DNA from: Planctomycetota bacterium
Lineage (GTDB): Bacteria; Planctomycetota; Planctomycetia; Gemmatales; Gemmataceae
DNA length: 48,977 nt
Direction: 5' to 3'
Assembly (NCBI GenBank): GCA_016873095.1
Contig: VGYC01000030.1
Span: 1-48,977, forward strand
A program made the position numbers and the translations under genes. Positions 47,897-48,977 of the stretch are shown one piece after another; position 1 is the stretch's first letter, and every line of letters starts with the position of its first letter. The notes beneath the pieces are model-generated. The model had not been told where the DNA came from. It did no database searches and was given only the letters and a program-made list of their open reading frames with translations.

Positions 47897-48412
47897 GTGT
47901 CGGTTCACTGTTACAATGCCGGTATGGCAACTCTTCGTCGCCGATGCTGGCTGCTGCTAATCGTCGCTGCTCTTTTGCTGGCTGCGGCTGCCAACCTTGT
48001 GTCGTTTCCCCTGCATGATTCAGACAAGATCGACGCCGCTCGCAATCTGGTTGCGTGGATCGTTAACGGCCGTTCCGTGCCCGGGTTCGGCGATCAGTAT
48101 CCTGACGCACAACGAGTGCCGGAAATGAAGGAGTTCCTCGTCATCTGCGATTTCTTCCCCTCTGAAGTCTTCTCGTTGAGCGAAGATCCGCGCGTGTGGC
48201 AGATCACGGCACGGAAGCAGGACGGTGTCTACAAGTTGAATCGGTTCAATGACGCGGCTTACCTGGTCATCGAGTTGAAGGCCGAATCGGCAACCGAATT
48301 GGTTGTGGCTGAAACAAATCAAAACCAATTCGGACCCAAGCCCGGATACCGCTACCGGTTTGCATTCCGGCGCACACTCTGGGGTCTGCGCGCGAGCGGC
48401 AAGATGCTTTGA
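47897..48412 (+). CDS. hypothetical signal-anchored protein in the lower-GC islet
   Basis: ORF with hydrophobic N-terminus LLLIVAALLLAAAANL. Local GC is visibly lower than the flanks. I recognise no domain. Confidence 0.35.
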   Translation: MSVHCYNAGMATLRRRCWLLLIVAALLLAAAANLVSFPLHDSDKIDAARNLVAWIVNGRSVPGFGDQYPDAQRVPEMKEFLVICDFFPSEVFSLSEDPRVWQITARKQDGVYKLNRFNDAAYLVIELKAESATELVVAETNQNQFGPKPGYRYRFAFRRTLWGLRASGKML

Positions 48413-48484
48413 GTATCTTGCGACAGAGCCACATCAGGGGTCGGCCAGCCCGCCTACCCATTTGGCCGCAAGAGGTGCTGCTCA

Positions 48485-48679
48485 ATGTTCAAGAAGGGCG
48501 ACTTCGTCACGATCAACAAGGAAATCGGCGTGGTCGTGATGACGGGAGAGGAAATACCCGGCGATTCGTGTGATCACACAGGGGTCTGGTTTGGGACGTA
48601 TGACAAGGGTTTTCCCGAAGTTTGGATCATTCCCTCCGAGTATCTGAAACACGGCCCAGAATCGGTGTTGAAGCATTGA
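48485..48679 (+). CDS. hypothetical small protein (64 aa)
   Basis: ORF in the lower-GC islet (MFKKGDFVTINKEIGVVVMTGEE...). No recognised domain. Confidence 0.25.
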   Translation: MFKKGDFVTINKEIGVVVMTGEEIPGDSCDHTGVWFGTYDKGFPEVWIIPSEYLKHGPESVLKH

Positions 48680-48977
48680 CGCTACGCTATTGCAAGAACA
48701 CTGCTTTCCATGCTTCCCTGCTTCCCGCTTCCCGAGCCAGTTGCGTTGCTGGGCCGGCGGGGGGGGGCAGGCGCGGGGCCGCGGGGTGACGGGATGACGC
48801 GACGCGGGCGCGGAGAGGCCGGGCACGCGATGCGGACGGGGGACGGGACCAGGGGGTGAGCGCGGGTCGGAGGCGTGGACGTTACACGGCGGCGTCTTGC
48901 TCGGTCGGCGCCATGGGTGCTTGGATCAGGGCGCGCAGCGATTTAGCGATGGGCGACAACTTCATCTTGCCGTACGT

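Noticed and set aside
48860-48977. Possible C-terminal end of a minus-strand gene entering from the right edge (...KMKLSPIAKSLRALIQAPMAPTEQDAAV*)
   Set aside because: Only about 30 codons are visible, so no call is possible.

Overview
A 49 kb, high-GC (mid-60s % by eye) chromosomal segment that looks like Planctomycetota. The evidence is several planctomycete-typical families: a PSCyt/DUF1549/DUF1553 protein, two DUF1501 proteins, an ASPIC-UnbV/CRTAC1-like FG-GAP protein, an N-terminal LEDR-motif protein and a large TPR protein. Core genes are interspersed: ilvD, gpsA, cstA, efp, a PTS-Ntr block (hpf-ptsN-ptsH-ptsI) preceded by an ECF sigma factor rather than rpoN, a DUF2344 + RNase E/G operon, and a czcCBA-type TolC-MFP-RND efflux operon whose RND pump carries an extra C-terminal domain. 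No CRISPR array, transposase or rRNA is visible. I could not name a single confident novel system. The most unusual features are listed here. (1) A degenerate tRNA-like gene with anticodon UUA at the edge of a lower-GC islet, followed by heptamer repeat arrays and an SPFH gene. (2) A low-GC patch between gpsA and a DUF1501 gene that holds a ~40 bp remnant of a DUF1501 3' end and a small DUF104/antitoxin-like gene with an extended -10 promoter. (3) The ~150 aa C-terminal extension on the CusA/CzcA-like pump. (4) A tightly coupled Rrf2-SRPBCC-methyltransferase-non-RD-kinase block facing a convergent Cys/Pro-rich secreted peptide. (5) Long structured elements upstream of ilvD and of the DUF2344-RNase E/G operon. 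(6) A 1-nt frameshift in an esterase gene. All functional calls come from motif recognition in the translated ORFs; no database search was run.
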